Assembly (NCBI GenBank): GCA_951406725.2
Contig: OX597822.1
Coordinates: 73,532,001-73,596,000, forward strand
Origin: Octopus vulgaris
Lineage: Eukaryota
Length of the DNA: 64,000 nt
Reading direction: 5' to 3'
Notes under the pieces: model-generated
The model's database searches: none
What the model saw: only the letters and a program-made list of their open reading frames with translations
What the model was told of the DNA's origin: nothing
Part shown: positions 1-13,472 of the stretch, in pieces
How positions within the stretch are numbered: position 1 is the stretch's first letter
Layout: the number at the start of each line of letters is the position of its first letter
Position numbers and translations under genes: made by a program

Positions 1-178
1 TGGAAAAATATGCCACTCAAGGACTTCAGTTTGAACAATTTTCATGATGTTTCATATTTAGATGTTTTTATTAAAGTCATTCAGTTGTTAAACATGAATA
101 AATCTTGGAATTAAATGGTTTTGATTTACTGTCAGGTGACTTTTGGCCAAGCCTATATATATATATATATATATATAT

Positions 179-874
179 AAATACAAAAATGAGACAAGAA
201 TGCAAAACATCCAGTCAGATGAAAGAAAGAAAATAAGGACGAGTCATTCGGAGTTTTCTTTCCTAAGTCGAGTTTCAGATTATCTTTGCAATTTCGGCTG
301 GTTATACTTGAGATTGCTCCAATCTGGCCAGCCCCAAAGAAAAACTAAGCTAAGAGCACTAGATTCCTTGAAAGAAAGCAGTGAATGTATAGGAAAACAA
401 CAGAAAAAGGACAGAGAAATGGTACACAAATACAAATAACAGGATATGAACAACAAGTGTCTTTCAAATAAGGACGAATTAAAGTGTGGAAGTAAAGTAA
501 AGCTTTATAGCAGGGACATAAGATTTGACAGGCACAGGGAGGAATATAGATGTTGCATGGATGGTAGTGGAACCAAGAAAGGTCAGGCTTGGCCGAACAC
601 TGGTCATATGGGGAGAAGAGAGAGAGGTAGAGGCAGAGGGATAGAAGAATTATGGCTGGTCGTGAAAAAAAAAAGAGAGGTGAACATGAAGAGAAGGCCA
701 GGAAATGTGAGAGAGGGGGAGAGAAAGAAAGAAGAGTGGAATGAACGAATAGAAAGAATAATAGAGTCCTACAAAATTTAGATATATATATACTTACATA
801 TAAGAGACCAAAGTGTACGTATGCCGCCGTTGTATTTTTATATATAAAAAATACAAAAATGGGACAAGAATGCA
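179..874. repeat. Dispersed repeat with a short terminal direct repeat, possibly PLE-derived (pseudo-LTR-like)
   Basis: aaatacaaaaatg(a/g)gacaagaatgca occurs at 179-204 and again at 849-874 (period 670). It starts at an (AT)n tract. No coding similarity recognised. Confidence 0.4.
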
Positions 875-1379
875 TGCAGGCCAAAACTCTGGAACATTTT
901 TTTTTAAATCAAAATTCTTATATCCACCATATTATTGTAAGGAGTAATAATATATTGCTAATTAAATTTTTTTCCAAACTTTTGGCCACGACTAAATATA
1001 CATATATATATCATCATTACACACATATATATGGGAGGGGGTAATATATGTAGACTACATATATAAACTTTGCTATGTAGCCATGCTATCCTCTCTCCTA
1101 GTCAACCTGAAGCCCTAGAACCATTTCCTACTCCACTTTCCTTGATGTTTGCTCAAGGTGCTGTACAGGATTGAGGAAACTGTAATTCTTTGAGTGAATT
1201 AACCATGTACCAAAGCCCTCTGCCAAGTCTTCCTTTTATGTGTTGACAAAAGTTCCACAACAACTGTCTTCCCACTCATCCTCCCAAGTCCACAATTTCA
1301 GGGCCACCACCATCACTATCAACCCAATGAAAGGAAGGACTGGTGAGATTATTGAAATGCTGGAGTGATGACTTGTAGA

Positions 1380-1670
1380 TGTGTGTGTGTGGTGTGAGAG
1401 AAGTAAGATGGAAGGGAGCCTCTGATGATGTCCTCACGGGTAAGAAACAAGTTTAAATACCCCTGAGTAGGCAAGTATGATGGGGTGGGTGGTGAGAACA
1501 TACTTTGGAGGGAAAATGGGTAGATAAGGTAATTGAGGTAGTCAAAGTATGTGATAGGGTAGTTAGGCAGAGATAAGTGTAACAATTTCTCTATTTTCAG
1601 CTTATGCTCCACAGCCTGGGCTGGCTGATGATCAGAAGGACCAATTTTATGCTGTCTTCTTGAGGGCCAC
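1380..1670 (-). pseudogene. Highly degraded PLE RT-to-endonuclease linker remnant (tentative)
   Basis: Minus-strand peptides DHQPAQAVEHKLK...LSLPNYP and MFSPPTPSY...REDIIRGSLPS weakly resemble the PLE linker pattern. Confidence 0.3.
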
Positions 1671-1689
1671 CTCAATGGCAAATGAATGA

Positions 1690-2170
1690 GACTTAGTTAT
1701 TGTGGCTGGTGACTTCAATGGACATGTTGAGCAGCACTCACATAGATTCCATGGTATGCATGGAGGTTATGGCTTTGGCTAAAGGAATGAGGGAACAAGG
1801 ATGCTGGAATTCTGTGATGCAAATGATTTGATCAGCCATATGATCACCAATCAGTCTGGTGAGCACATGAACTAGATTGACTACATCCTCACCAGGCAAT
1901 GAGATAAACAGACGCTCACAAATGTAAAATCTTCCTCAGGTGAAGAATGTGCAGCCCAACATAGGTTACTGGTAGTTCTTCAGAATTTAGAGTGCTAGAA
2001 GTACTCAGAGAAATGAACCATTCTGGAAAAGAAGGTTATGGAAGCTCAACGACCCAGCAAACTGACAGAAATTTAGAAATATTCAAATGAAAACATCTGA
2101 CAAGAGAGGAATTGGAGAAATATAACTTGGAGGACAATTGGACGATCCAACAGAAAAACCTGAGGGCTAG
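1690..2170 (+). mobile_element. RTE-clade LINE fragment, APE endonuclease region, degraded
   Basis: Translates to LVIVAGDFNGHV...HGGYGFG*RNEGTRMLEFCDANDL...IDYILTR, which are APE motifs of RTE elements. Stops are present. Confidence 0.85.
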
Positions 2171-3031
2171 TCTTGACCACTCTCTCTCTTTCTCCCTGAC
2201 TGAGTAACCATGTATCTCTTCTACAGCAAGACACCTGTTTCTGTTTCATTGTCACACTAACCTTTCATCACCTAACAAGTGTCAGGAACAAGGTGAGTAG
2301 AAGCGAATTGGGTGGATAGAGGTTATAAGAGAGAAAAAGAAAGGGAGATATGGTTAGAGATATGGAATGGGGTAGAGGGTGAATATAATGACAAACAGGA
2401 GTAGAAGGAAAGTAGGAGAATAGGTCACAACTGTAGAAATTTAGTTGAGAGTGACTAAAGATACAGGAATTAGGGGGAGGTAGAAATGACTGAACATGTA
2501 GAAAAAGGAGGGGGTGAAGAGTAGCAGCTTAGTAATAAAGGTAGTAGACAGGAGAAAGATGAGAGGATGAGAGAAAGAGAGAGAGAGAGAGATGCGATTG
2601 AAGGTAATCAATGTAGAAAGTGGATGGAATTATTAAGAACAGAGAAAGGATAACAAATAAAATGGTTTCCAGTAATAAGGAAGATAATTGGTATTAGGGA
2701 AAAGCAGGTGAATTATGCAGTTCTGGTCACATTTAACTAGATCAGCAGAATACTACACTCTGAGAGATATATTTACAGAAAACCGCACTGATTGTACTTC
2801 CAGAACCTGTTTTACAAAGGTAGGCAGGTCTTCTCAAGTACTAAATATTGCCAATCACCTCAGCCTTTTGTCATTTACTCAGTGATGGTTAATGTCCTGA
2901 CATCGGTACATCAGTTCATGTCATTGCCAATACACACACACACACACACACACATGTGTTTAATAAATAAAGGAAAACATCACCATTCTTAAAAACTGTT
3001 GTTCGTTTACTTGCTTGCAGTCCCCTATATA

Positions 3032-3268
3032 TTGGGTTGGTGCATAATTATTGCAGCTTTTTTTCCCCCAAACAAAAACAATAACAATATTCAACAAAAA
3101 CATCTTTAAATGACGGTCTGACCGTCTGTGAAACAAAATGGGAAGCAGTAATTAAAATAGATGGTGAATATACTCCGGAAAAATCATTTAAGGATGTTTT
3201 TGTTACATGTTGTTATTGTTGAATAAAATTCGTTGAAAAAAAGCCGCAATAATTATGCACCAACCCAA
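3032..3268 (+). mobile_element. Mariner-derived MITE (internally deleted)
   Basis: TIRs ttgggttggtgcataattattgc(a/g)gctttttt with TA on both sides. The core encodes a transposase C-terminal remnant, ETKWEAVIKIDGEY. Confidence 0.85.
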
Positions 3269-3309
3269 TATATGTATATATGTGCGTGTGTGTGTGCATG
3301 AATTTGTAC

Positions 3310-3635
3310 TAATGTTTGTTCTCCCACCACATCACCTGACAACCGGTGGTGTATTTATGTCTCCGTCACCTAGCAGAATGGCAAAAATATATATACACAC
3401 ACATATATATATATAAATATATGTATGTGTATGTGTGCTTGTTCCCCCACCACATCACTTGACAACCAGTGTCAGTGTGTTTATGTCCCCGAAACTTAGC
3501 AGTAGGGCAAAAAAGACGAGTAAATACCAAGTTGAAAAAGAATAAGTACTGATGTCAATTCATTTGGCTAAAATTCTTCAAGGTGGTGCCCCAGTATGGC
3601 CACAGTCAAATGACTGAAACAAGCAAAAGATAAAG
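3310..3635 (+). mobile_element. 3' part of SINE family A, with an internal duplication
   Basis: cacttgacaacc...gtgtttatgtccccg...acttagc...gcatggccacagtcaaatgactgaaacaag matches the copies at 45127 and 46006. Confidence 0.75.
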
Positions 3636-3806
3636 GACGTGTGTGTATGAGAGAGTGTGTGTATGTAAAATAAAACAAAAACGATTGTTTTTGTTTTGTT
3701 ACATCAACTTACGTACGTTTCATTGACAAAAAACGACTATAAGTTACATAATCAACATGTGAAATCTTCAGTGACAGCCAATGAAGAGATAACAACCAAC
3801 TGATGA

Positions 3807-3934
3807 TACGAGTACAATAGCACAAACACAGGAATAGGCAGTTTTGAAAATAGGTTATTCATGATGCAATTTAATTTTTAAGTGTGTGTGTATGTATTAT
3901 TACTGCCTATCCTGTTTGTGCTATTGTACACGTA
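3807..3934. repeat. Imperfect inverted repeat (about 33-36 bp arms, about 60 nt spacer)
   Basis: tacgagtacaatagcacaaacacaggaataggcagt pairs with actgcctatcctgtttgtgctattgtacacgta. Confidence 0.7.
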
Positions 3935-3935
3935 T

Positions 3936-4244
3936 GGTACCACTAGCGAACAGTGGTCCCGGTGCGCGCACACGCGTACTCGCGCGTCCGCGCTAGCTTG
4001 TCATGACTCGTCGATCCTTACTTTGTGTTCTTGTGTTTCATTTACTTTGTTTAAAAAATTATTCACTTTGTGTTTTTGTGTTTTATTTACTTTAACAAAA
4101 ATTATTTGCTTTGTGTAAAAAAAAAAAATTTATTTTGTGTTTTATTTACTTTGTTAGGTAGTCGTTATAGGATCGACTACTTACAAACTAGCTAGCGCGG
4201 ATGCACGACTGCGCGCACCGGGACCACTGTTCGCTAGTATTACC
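3936..4244. mobile_element. MITE with long GC-rich TIRs, superfamily unassigned
   Basis: Left ggtaccactagcgaacagtggtcccggtgcgcgca...gtcgatcct is the reverse complement of right aggatcgac...tgcgcgcaccgggaccactgttcgctagtattacc. The core has T-rich subrepeats. No clear TSD. Confidence 0.75.
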
Positions 4245-6832
4245 CTTTTCCTATATTTTTACAACAGGTCACAACATTATCCGAGAGGACAGTAATGGGT
4301 TGTTTCAAAAACCGAATTGTGCGTCTTTTTAATAAAAAGTATACCAAAACAAAGATTTTGGTAAAAGAACAATATGGTCAACTTTTGGAACGCTCTTTAA
4401 TGACCTGATGATGGCTTACGACTGGAACGCTTTGCAGACGCACGTACAAATTGGTCTATTTTCCATTTAGTAAATTAATCTGTATCTCGGGCAATAAAAA
4501 AAAATGTGGCGCCCCCTTGTCTATTTGAAGAGTAACCTCCCTTCTGGGTAAGAAAGCGTACGAACGCCATGCCGACGGCCGCAAGGTGAAGATCGAAGTG
4601 TTCATGTTGGTACAAGCATAGATCCAATCCAATGAGAAGAGAAAATCAGTAATAGAATATGTTCGAGCGTTGGTGAAAATATTTATAATACGTCTAATCT
4701 TAACATATAAAACATAGCTACTGCCATGCTTAAATAAAAGCATGAAAAATAGAACCGAAAGAAATCCTGGTGTTTTAGATAGATATTAAAATGTACCAGC
4801 AACGACGGGGGAAATTCCTGACACTTCGGTTATTAAAATACAAACGAAAACTGAATATTATTTACGCACTCTTAAATGTCACAAACGGTTCTTCCACAAT
4901 GTAATTATCTAATTTAGTTAGTAATTATTATTAATATATTACAATACTGATAGGCGCAGGTGTAGTAAGAAACTTGCTTTCCAACTGACACCTTGGGGGT
5001 GGATTTGGGAGACGGAAACTAAAAGATACCGCTTGACAACTGGTGTTGGTTTGTTTACATCCCCATAACCTAACTGTCCGACAAGACCGATGAGAACACA
5101 TGGCTTTAAAAAATACGGATCGATTTTGTTTGACTGTGACCCTTGAAGGCACAGCTCCAGAATGGTTAAAGTCCAACAAGTAAAATATAAAAGGTATTTG
5201 TCTACAGGTAAATGCCTCCTGCGAACCTCACCTTATCATCAAGCGAAGAATATGTACACAGAAAAACCACCTTAAATAGACAAATATTTTTTTAGTATGG
5301 ACACTCCAGAATAATAATAGTGGGTTTTAAAGAATACTTTGATCGAAATAAAAAATGCGTAAATATTCAGACGGATAACATCAATACACAGAGAAAAGAT
5401 AGCTTCGTGTTTATAGTATAAGTAGAAAGCGATGCGTGAAGTTTCTATCCACTTTGATGTATATTAAACTTACAAAATAAAAATGAGAGGTGTATGTTTT
5501 TTTACTTTTTATTTCTCTTTTCCCTCGCCCTTAAACATTACAGGTCAAATTTGACAATAGAAAATAAATTTAGTAGAAAATCGAAGTGAGAAGAAGCAAA
5601 AAAGTAATATAAATTTACTGAAAATCTTACCGAAATGTCTACCGCAAGCAAGTTTTATAATCATCCATGAAATATGCTTTGCTATAAATTGTACATATAT
5701 ATATGTATGTATATATATATGTGTGTGTGTGTGAATGTATGTATGTGATGAATAGATTTGATCTACAGGGTGAACGTTTCTGATTCAGAGCCTAGTTTAC
5801 AGAAGAGAGAAAGACAAATAAAAAAGACAGAAAAAGAGAGAGAGTGAGTGATAGATAGAGAGATATGCGGTAACGTTCAAATGGAAAAACCAACGTGGGG
5901 TCGAGGAGAGAAACAGGAAGTGAGAATAGCTATGAGTGTGACGGACAAAAAGTGGGGGAGCGGAAAGGATGTGAAAAGGTTGACAAGAGGCGGGATAAAT
6001 AATGATTGGAATCCGTAAAAAAAGAGGAAAAAAAATAGTGATGGTCTTCGTCGAAATAAATGTTGCTTTTAATTAACAAAAAACGCAAATAGAAAACGAA
6101 GCAAAGAAGATAAAATAATGAGGCAAAAGAATTTGAGAAAGAGAGAGAAGGAAAGGCGGATGAAATATAAGTGAGGAAAAGAGAGAGAGAGAGAGAGAAG
6201 GAAAGGCGGATGAAATATGAGTGAGGAAGAGAGAGAGAGAGAGAGAGAGGAAGGCTAGACGCCAGGAAGGATTCTGGGTATTTTCTATTTGCTTCCTTCT
6301 ACATTTTACACACTCTTTTCATAGCAACACACCCACAAACACACACGTGTGTATTTGTGTTTGGCCAAAGAGAAGGGAGACAGAGTGAGAAAGAAACATT
6401 AGCGACAACAGAGAAATATAAAAGTCAGCAGGCAGCGCGACCAGGGCTGATTCTTTTTTTTTTCTTTTGGCATAATAAACCAACCCACATGGGAAGTAAT
6501 TTAGTTTGTTTATTTGTCACATACATATGAGTGAGGTCTTTTCTTCGTTAGACAAAACACGTTCAACTTATCCTACATATAAATTAATGATTATCAATTA
6601 TTAAGCATGTTAATTTCTATTATCTTCCCTGTAGTTAATTTCTTTCTGTTCCCTGTTCAGTAAAAAAGGAGCTTTTTTTTATAAACTGTACAATAATAAC
6701 CGCAAAGGCATGCGGAGGAATTTCGATGTGGTCGCTTGAGCTACCAGAAATAGCAGCTAAATTTCCATCAGACCCCCACGACTTTATTTATCCCAACATA
6801 TAGCGAAAGTTAACCCAACTAAATATTAAATT

Positions 6833-7241
6833 CGGATCTTTTCGGTTTGAACGGCAGTTTTTAACATAATTTCTAGGTAACTAAAAAAGTTTAAACTTCG
6901 TATACTGGTAGAATGTGCTTATAAAACATCTTTTTCTCTTGGCTTTATTGAGAAAATTCTGTAGTTTGTAAGATATTTGGTCTTTAATTTCGGTAATTTT
7001 AACCAATCAATGACCGTCTATTGAGGTGAAAACATTCTGTGCTGTATGAATATGTCCCTCGTTTAAGAAACAGATTGGGTTTATTTACATTTGTGAAGAA
7101 AAAAAATACCCTTCCTCCCACCCCTAACCCTAAATCTAAAATAGATTGAAATGCAATAGATCGATAATAGGGTCATAATTATGGGTGACAATTTCATATG
7201 ACACCGCTAGAAAAAACTGCCGTTTAAACCGAAAAGATCCG
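6833..7241. mobile_element. MITE / non-autonomous DNA transposon
   Basis: TIRs cggatcttttcggtttgaacggcagttttt and aaaaactgccgtttaaaccgaaaagatccg. It contains a short ccctaaccctaa. Confidence 0.8.
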
Positions 7242-7313
7242 GTCTTTCTCTTTTTTTTTTTCATATGGTATGTGATTTGAGAGATTTGAATTTCTAGCAT
7301 GTTCGAGTGACAA

Positions 7314-7467
7314 CATAGAGCAGGCAAAAGCAATCTTTTTCGAGCAGCCGGCCGCATGAGATACACCTCACCATCAGGTTGGCAGCACGACTAAATAATT
7401 TTATGGTAATTTTTCGTTGGGTGTACCATTCAGAAAGTACCGAGGACCACATGTTGCCCCATGACTG
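7314..7467. mobile_element. Degraded hAT (Charlie-like) MITE, tentative
   Basis: Ends resemble CAG..GGGCAA / TTGCCC..CTG, with an internal ggccgcat motif. Confidence 0.3.
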
Positions 7468-8684
7468 ACGTAGAAGCTTTTAAAATGTGTTGCTGCAATG
7501 TAAAATCAACTTCAGACGGCTTTTGAAAGGAATTCATAAACATTCCTAAAATACAAATATCGAACTTTTTAAACAACCACCATAAAAATTTAAAAAAAAC
7601 ATACTCATAAACAATAAAATTAAAATTAGTAAAAGGAAAAGAAGTAGTGATGGTCCTCGTCGGATTGCATTAAGGGAAGATAACTTGGGAAGAAGTTTTT
7701 TTTCTAAATGGGACTCGGTCTGTTAGAAATAGCAGCAAATATTCCTTAAATCACACCACACTGTCTTTAAGTAAAAAGAATAAGACTGGATAATGTAGTT
7801 TCTATACACCGTTGAAAGGTCAACGGTTGGGACCGCTCCTCTATGTGCGCATTTGTATTAAAAGTATGCATAGATATTACGCGTGATTTTTCATAAAACA
7901 GAGCAGCGATTACAAAGCTTTAACAACATGGATTGACTACAAGTTTTTCAACGACCGTGCGCATAACAAAAACACAATAAAGGGTATATGATTTAATTAA
8001 TATATATATATATAATACATATATAATGCAAAAACACCCTGCAGACTGCGACATTCAATAGAAGAGAAAGAAGATTTATTCTTTCTCTGCGGGCCCGTAC
8101 CAATGATTCACAGCCGGGTAGTCGGGGATCCCTGTCATAAACTAAGGCTAGGAAAAGAGTCCTTTATTTCATTGTTGGATTCCCATCGATTCATCAGAAA
8201 CACCAGCTTCACGTTTTTGTTTTTTAAGATTGAAAGAATTTAAAAACTAGAAAGTTTGAAGATGTTATAAAGAAAAGATGAAAATGAAGGAAAAAGCGAA
8301 ACAGTGGAACGAAATAAATGTTAGGAAATCGAGCAGATATAAAATACAGACACGTAGTAAGATGTTACTGTTTGTAAACAAAGGAGCACGAAATGGAGAT
8401 ATATTTTATACTAATTTTCGTAACCCGATCTTCACGAATTCGTGGGTGTGTCATTTAAGTAGTGTAGACAGAGAACAATGATGACTAAAACTAGTAAGTA
8501 TTATCGATAGGCATCAGAACAATGACATTGTCAAACAGCTTTCAAATGGACACAACCAGAAGGGGGAAAGCAAGGAAGAGCGAAAACTATAAGACGCCGA
8601 GCATTCATATCCAACACAAAAGAAGCCAATATCATCACTTGGCTAGATTTGGCCAGATGTAGAGAAAACTGCGGCTAACAAAAA

Positions 8685-8845
8685 CCAGTGACGTCAACGG
8701 AAATAAGTGTTGACGGACGCGTGGGAATGTGTTCATAGACACACATACACTACAGTGTACACGCTATCTTAAAGATAGTGCAATAAGCCTATCCAGCGAT
8801 ATGGTATTTTATAAGTGACTAAATTGCTATTGCGCATGTGCAAAC
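8685..8845. promoter_or_regulatory. Candidate promoter motif cluster (CRE + ETS-like, NRF1-like)
   Basis: gtgacgtcaacggaaa at about 8688-8703 and tgcgcatgtgca at about 8831, in a locally CpG-retaining, non-repeat region. Confidence 0.3.
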
Positions 8846-9454
8846 ACACACACACACACACACTTGATGAGTCTTTTTTTACCACAGACAGACGAAGAGA
8901 AATATATTTGCATTTACTGGTAACGTTAAACTGCAATCGTTAACAGGAAAACTTCGCAGTTTTCCTTCCAGATACATACGGTGACAGTAGCATAAAACAC
9001 AAAATATTAAATAATAAATTACATGAAATCAAGAATTACGTAATTTTACATTCATTAACATACATTTGTTTCAGCTAAAATAACTTCACAGTGCAAAGAA
9101 TTGAATGCTGCCCTGTACTCCTGTAGCTTCGTCAGCGATAAAATTAATATTAATTTTAGAAAGAGCCTTGATTAATACACACATACACAGACGTATGAGT
9201 TAGTATGTGTATATATACACATGCATTTATACAAAGACACATGAATACATATACACACGCATATAGAAATATATATATATATTCTGGTATAGCCACCGAA
9301 GATGGAGCTATTTCTAGCACTAGAGTTAGCCACTTATCGTTAACTCTCTTATATTTATATATAAATTTGTACTCCCTGGTTTCTATGTGCTAGGCCACTT
9401 GGTGTTAAACTGACGGTATTATTAAATTAATATCTAATTTTTCACCCTCATTTA

Positions 9455-9493
<39 letters not shown>

Positions 9494-9691
9494 AAAGGGC
9501 TTAGTAAATTACTTTGCCACATACTGAACTCATTAGAAATAGCAGCCAAAAAAAACTTTTTTAAAACTATTTCTAATACTAAGCCCTTTTATATAATGTA
9601 ATAATTTGAATTCGCCTTAAATGGTCCCTTTGCATACTGAACACTTGGTGAAATTGATTAATAATTAATTAATTTTACCCTCAATTGTTGA

Positions 9692-9727
<36 letters not shown>

Positions 9728-10149
9728 ACACACAACACGTATTATGGCTGCTGAGTAGTAGTAGTAGTTTCAGGCAGTGGAAAGTATCCTTCGCTTCTTA
9801 CTTGGGATGTTATGAAGTAGTGGCTATTAGTGGTAGTGACACAGTAGTAATAGTATCTGTGACAGCCTATTAGTAGCAGCAACAATGGTATTGGCCATAA
9901 CAGTAGAGGCTGTATCAGTCCCAATAATGGTAGCAGCCATCATTACAGTGGCTGTATCAGTCTGTTGTTGTAGTAGTAACAAAATCAGTAGGAATTGTTG
10001 TTTTTTTAGTTATCATCCTTTCTTTCCCACAGTATCCGATTATGAGAGTTGTTGTTTTTTTTTGTTGATGGATTACTATTATGCAATCCTCACTAATAGT
10101 TGAGGGAGGTCATGAAATTTGTGTTATTCCTTATCTCTACATGTGTCTA

Positions 10150-12752
10150 TATGTTTACCAAGTTCGATTTGTATTCTGGTATTATAATTTTTTATCTATA
10201 CAGTCATGCACTGTCTTCAGGACACGCCAGTTTGCCTCATGTAGTTCTCCCCACATCCTGAGTATATAACATAATTGTACAGATTAGATTTTCAGATGCA
10301 CAGGTTACAAATTATTTTTTACTATGGAAAGCTGTCCTTCTTTCAAATGAATCTTCAATTCTTTTGACAGATTTAAACATATGCCAAAGTTGGATCTTCC
10401 ACATTTTTTTTTAATGCTGATTGTTATTATTGTATAAAGTTTGGCCTTTGTTAATTTTTCAGTGATTTTCAAATGTCTTTTGCTTTTTATGATAAGTATT
10501 TGGAGGATTTGGTTCAGCCCGAGGGTCCTTTTTCAGTCAGTATCGGTATGTTTTGAAATATGATGTTATAAGCCTCATTGTTAAGATTGCTTGCCTTAGT
10601 TCCTGAATACTTAATTTCTTGGTTTGTTGTATTCAATTAAGGATGATGGAAAATTCCTGTCCAGAAGTGAAATCCTTAACGCCTTTAAATAATGGGTCAC
10701 AGATGTTTTCATCAGATAGTTTTGTAGATCCTTTTGATAAGGTTATGTGGGGGATTTACTTGCATGTTTCTCGGACAGCATGAATTGAAAGGTAAATATT
10801 GTTTTAGTATACATAGCTTTAAAGTATATGTTTACCTCTGTTTCATTGATGACATTTTTCCTAAATCTAAAAACTGGAGTTGGTTATGACTATATTCCAT
10901 AGCAAATTGAATATTTTTGTTGATTCCATTGACTAGTATTTAAAATTTATCTATGCTTTATGCTTTAATAACAGAGAATGAAGTAGTCATTGAGGTAACT
11001 TTTCCAATTTTCTTGTATATATTTAAAGAATGAGTTCTCATATTTTTGTAAAACTTTTTGGTATAGTCATTTCTAGATATCCTATAACTAAATTTGCAAA
11101 GGAGGGAGCCGTTTTTGTTCCCATTATGGCCTCAGATTTTTGTTGGAAAAAGTTGTCATTCGACATAAAATAGTTATTCTCTAAGACAAATTTTAGTCCT
11201 TCCATGATTGACTCCTTTTCTATGTGTTGTGGTATTTCAACTGAATAAAGATTTTCAAATCCACAGATGAAGAGTTGCTGTTGTTTAAAATGGATCTCTG
11301 ATCCTTCTCATAGATTTAGAATATATCAGGCTGAGTAAAAAGTAAGCAACATTTTGAGACATGAAATTCATCACAATATATTCCAACAATGTGGAAATTT
11401 TATTGATCAAAGTAAGTATCATTACAATCAACACATTTTTGCCGAGTTACAAGTTTGTTTATTCCGGTAACATAAAACTCTGGAGTTCTGGAGCTGATGA
11501 GCTCTTTGAACACACTTTCAGCATCGGTTTGATTTTTGAACTCCTTATCTAGCAGGAAACCATCAAGATGCTTGAAAAAGTGGTAGTCGATAGGATAAAG
11601 GTCCGGGGAATAAGCTGGGTGGGGAAGAAATTCATAGCCAAGTTCCCTCAACTTTCAGAGTGTAATTAGTGAAATGTGTGTCATGAAAAATGATCGGCCC
11701 TCTTCTGTTGACCAGTCTGGGATGGAGGAGTAGCAGTTTTGTGTTCCTTTTGGCAATTTCATGTTTCTACAGTAAGGGTTTTTCTGGGTTGTAAGAAGTT
11801 ATAGTGGATGAGTCCAGCAGTACACCACCAGACAGTCACCATAACCTTTTTGAAGAGCTTGAGTTTAGGGAAGGTTTTCAATGATTCATTTTCATCCAGC
11901 CACTGAGAAGAACATTTTTTATTATTGTACAGAATCTACTTTTCATTGCAAGTTACAATACGGTCGAGAAATGGATCGGTCTGGTTACAGAGAAGAAGTG
12001 ATGAGCAAATTGTGTATCTGCACATTTTCTGATTTTCATTCAAATCATGTGGTACACATTTGTTGAGCCTTTTTGATTTTTCCGATCAGGTGAAAATGGT
12101 TGTAGGCAGTTTTCTGGGTAACTTGAAGTTCTATTGCCAGTTATTGAGTGGTTTTACGTGGATCTTTCTTAATGACAGTCTTTAATTGGCCATCATCAAT
12201 GACAGATGGCGTCCACTACGCTCACAATCTTCAAGGCTCAGGTCTCCAATGCGAAATCGTTTAAACCACTTTTGATCTGACCACTCACTGGTCATTTCCT
12301 CACCAAATGTTTTGTTGATATCGCAAGCTGTTTCAGCTGCTTTATATCCTTTTTTGAAATTGAATAGCAAAATTGCTCAAATATCACGCTTTGACAATTC
12401 AATTTCAGATGATTTTAACAACAGTAAGAAAATATCAATGCTAATTTATTGATGTATTTGGGCAAGTCTGCATTACGAAACAATTGCAAAAAGATGTTTA
12501 AAGATTCAAAACTCTGCAAAAATCTGGTGCACATTCTTTATAATTCAAAGCACTGCTTACTTTTTGCTCAACTTGATATTACAGTTTGACCATCTGTCCT
12601 TTTTTAAGTCAACCATACTTTTATAAGCCAACAAATAAAACCTATTTTTACACTGGCTGTTTGTAGGTTATTTAGCATATCAAAGTTGTCTCTTATGAAA
12701 TTTCTGACACATTTCAGAGATGGCCTGAATAGGATGTCTAACAAGCTACTTG
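10150..12752 (-). mobile_element. Degraded Penelope-like retroelement (RT + C-terminal GIY-YIG), interrupted by a mariner
   Basis: Minus strand gives SSLLDILFRPSLKCVRNFIRDNFDML (about 12750-12670), LKFVLENNYFMSNDNFFQQKSEAIMGTKTAPSFANLVIGYLE (about 11200-11075; PLE RT motif B') and a GCGENYMRQTG GIY-YIG remnant (about 10260). Confidence 0.85.
11326..12576 (-). mobile_element. Full-length, decayed mariner transposon (about 1.25 kb)
   Basis: TIRs tcaggctgagtaaaaagtaagca and tgcttactttttgctcaacttga with TA flanks. Transposase remnants: FKKGYKAAETA...KWFKRFRIGDLSLEDCERSGR and LGYEFLPHPAYSPDLYPIDYHFF. Confidence 0.92.
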
Positions 12753-12827
12753 AGTGGTTTCCTCATGCAGAACCAGCTATTATTGTTTGTAAATCTCACA
12801 ATGAGAGATATTCAGCAACAGAGCTTA

Positions 12828-13135
12828 GGAGTAAAGATTGTTTGCCAACACAACATGGCAGTGCTGATTTAGGGCAAATATTGCTGTAATTTAGCCCCAA
12901 TAGACATCATCTCCAGCTGGCTATATGACATGAACTGTGTCCTTATATTTTTGAACAAGGGAATCACATATTGTTTTGAGCCGAGTGGAAGTGCTAGATT
13001 CCCTTGTTCGAAAATATAAGGACACAGATCGTGTCGTATAGCCAGCTGAAGACAATGTCTCCTGGGGCTAAATTACAAGCAACATTCGTCCTAAGCCAGG
13101 ACTACCATGTTATGTTGGCAAACAATCTTTACTCC
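12828..13135. repeat. Long palindrome (about 138-bp arms, 31-bp spacer), probably head-to-head PLE terminal sequence
   Basis: Arm 12828-12965 is an imperfect reverse complement of 12997-13135. The arms are also similar to 13283-13398. Confidence 0.8.
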
Positions 13136-13429
13136 AACTATATATATAATATATATATATGTATGTATGTATGAATATATAGACATATATACAGACATAT
13201 ATATATATATATATATGAAAATATAGACATATATATATTATATATATATATATATATATGTTAACTGTTATCGCCATATTAATATGGCAGTCTTATAGAT
13301 ATAAGACTAAAGCTGTCGCTGATTAGCTCCATGAGGCCATCGCCTTAAGCTAGTTATTTGACACACAAACTGCGTCCATTATAACCTTCGAACAAGGGAG
13401 GTCAGCCGCTTCACACTGCCAGTCAGACA

Positions 13430-13472
13430 GCTACAGACGCGTTTCAGGGTAGTTGCCCTTTATCAATGCAGC
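13430..13472 (-). ncRNA. Minimal type I hammerhead ribozyme, core mutated
   Basis: Minus strand: gctgca-TTGATAA-aggg caacta ccct-GAAA-cgcg-TC^tgtagc. All three stems pair, but the core deviates from CUGANGA at two positions. Confidence 0.6.

Noticed and set aside
4405-4440. ctgatgatggcttacgactggaacgc as a hammerhead
   Set aside because: There is no GAAA and the stems do not pair convincingly.
4505-4522. CTCF-like motif (minus strand acaagggggcgcca)
   Set aside because: A single partial motif match cannot be supported without chromatin data.
7121-7135. Telomeric ccctaaccctaa (also ttagggttaggg near 52092)
   Set aside because: Only two or three units, located inside repeats. Not a telomere, and no support for a telomerase RNA.
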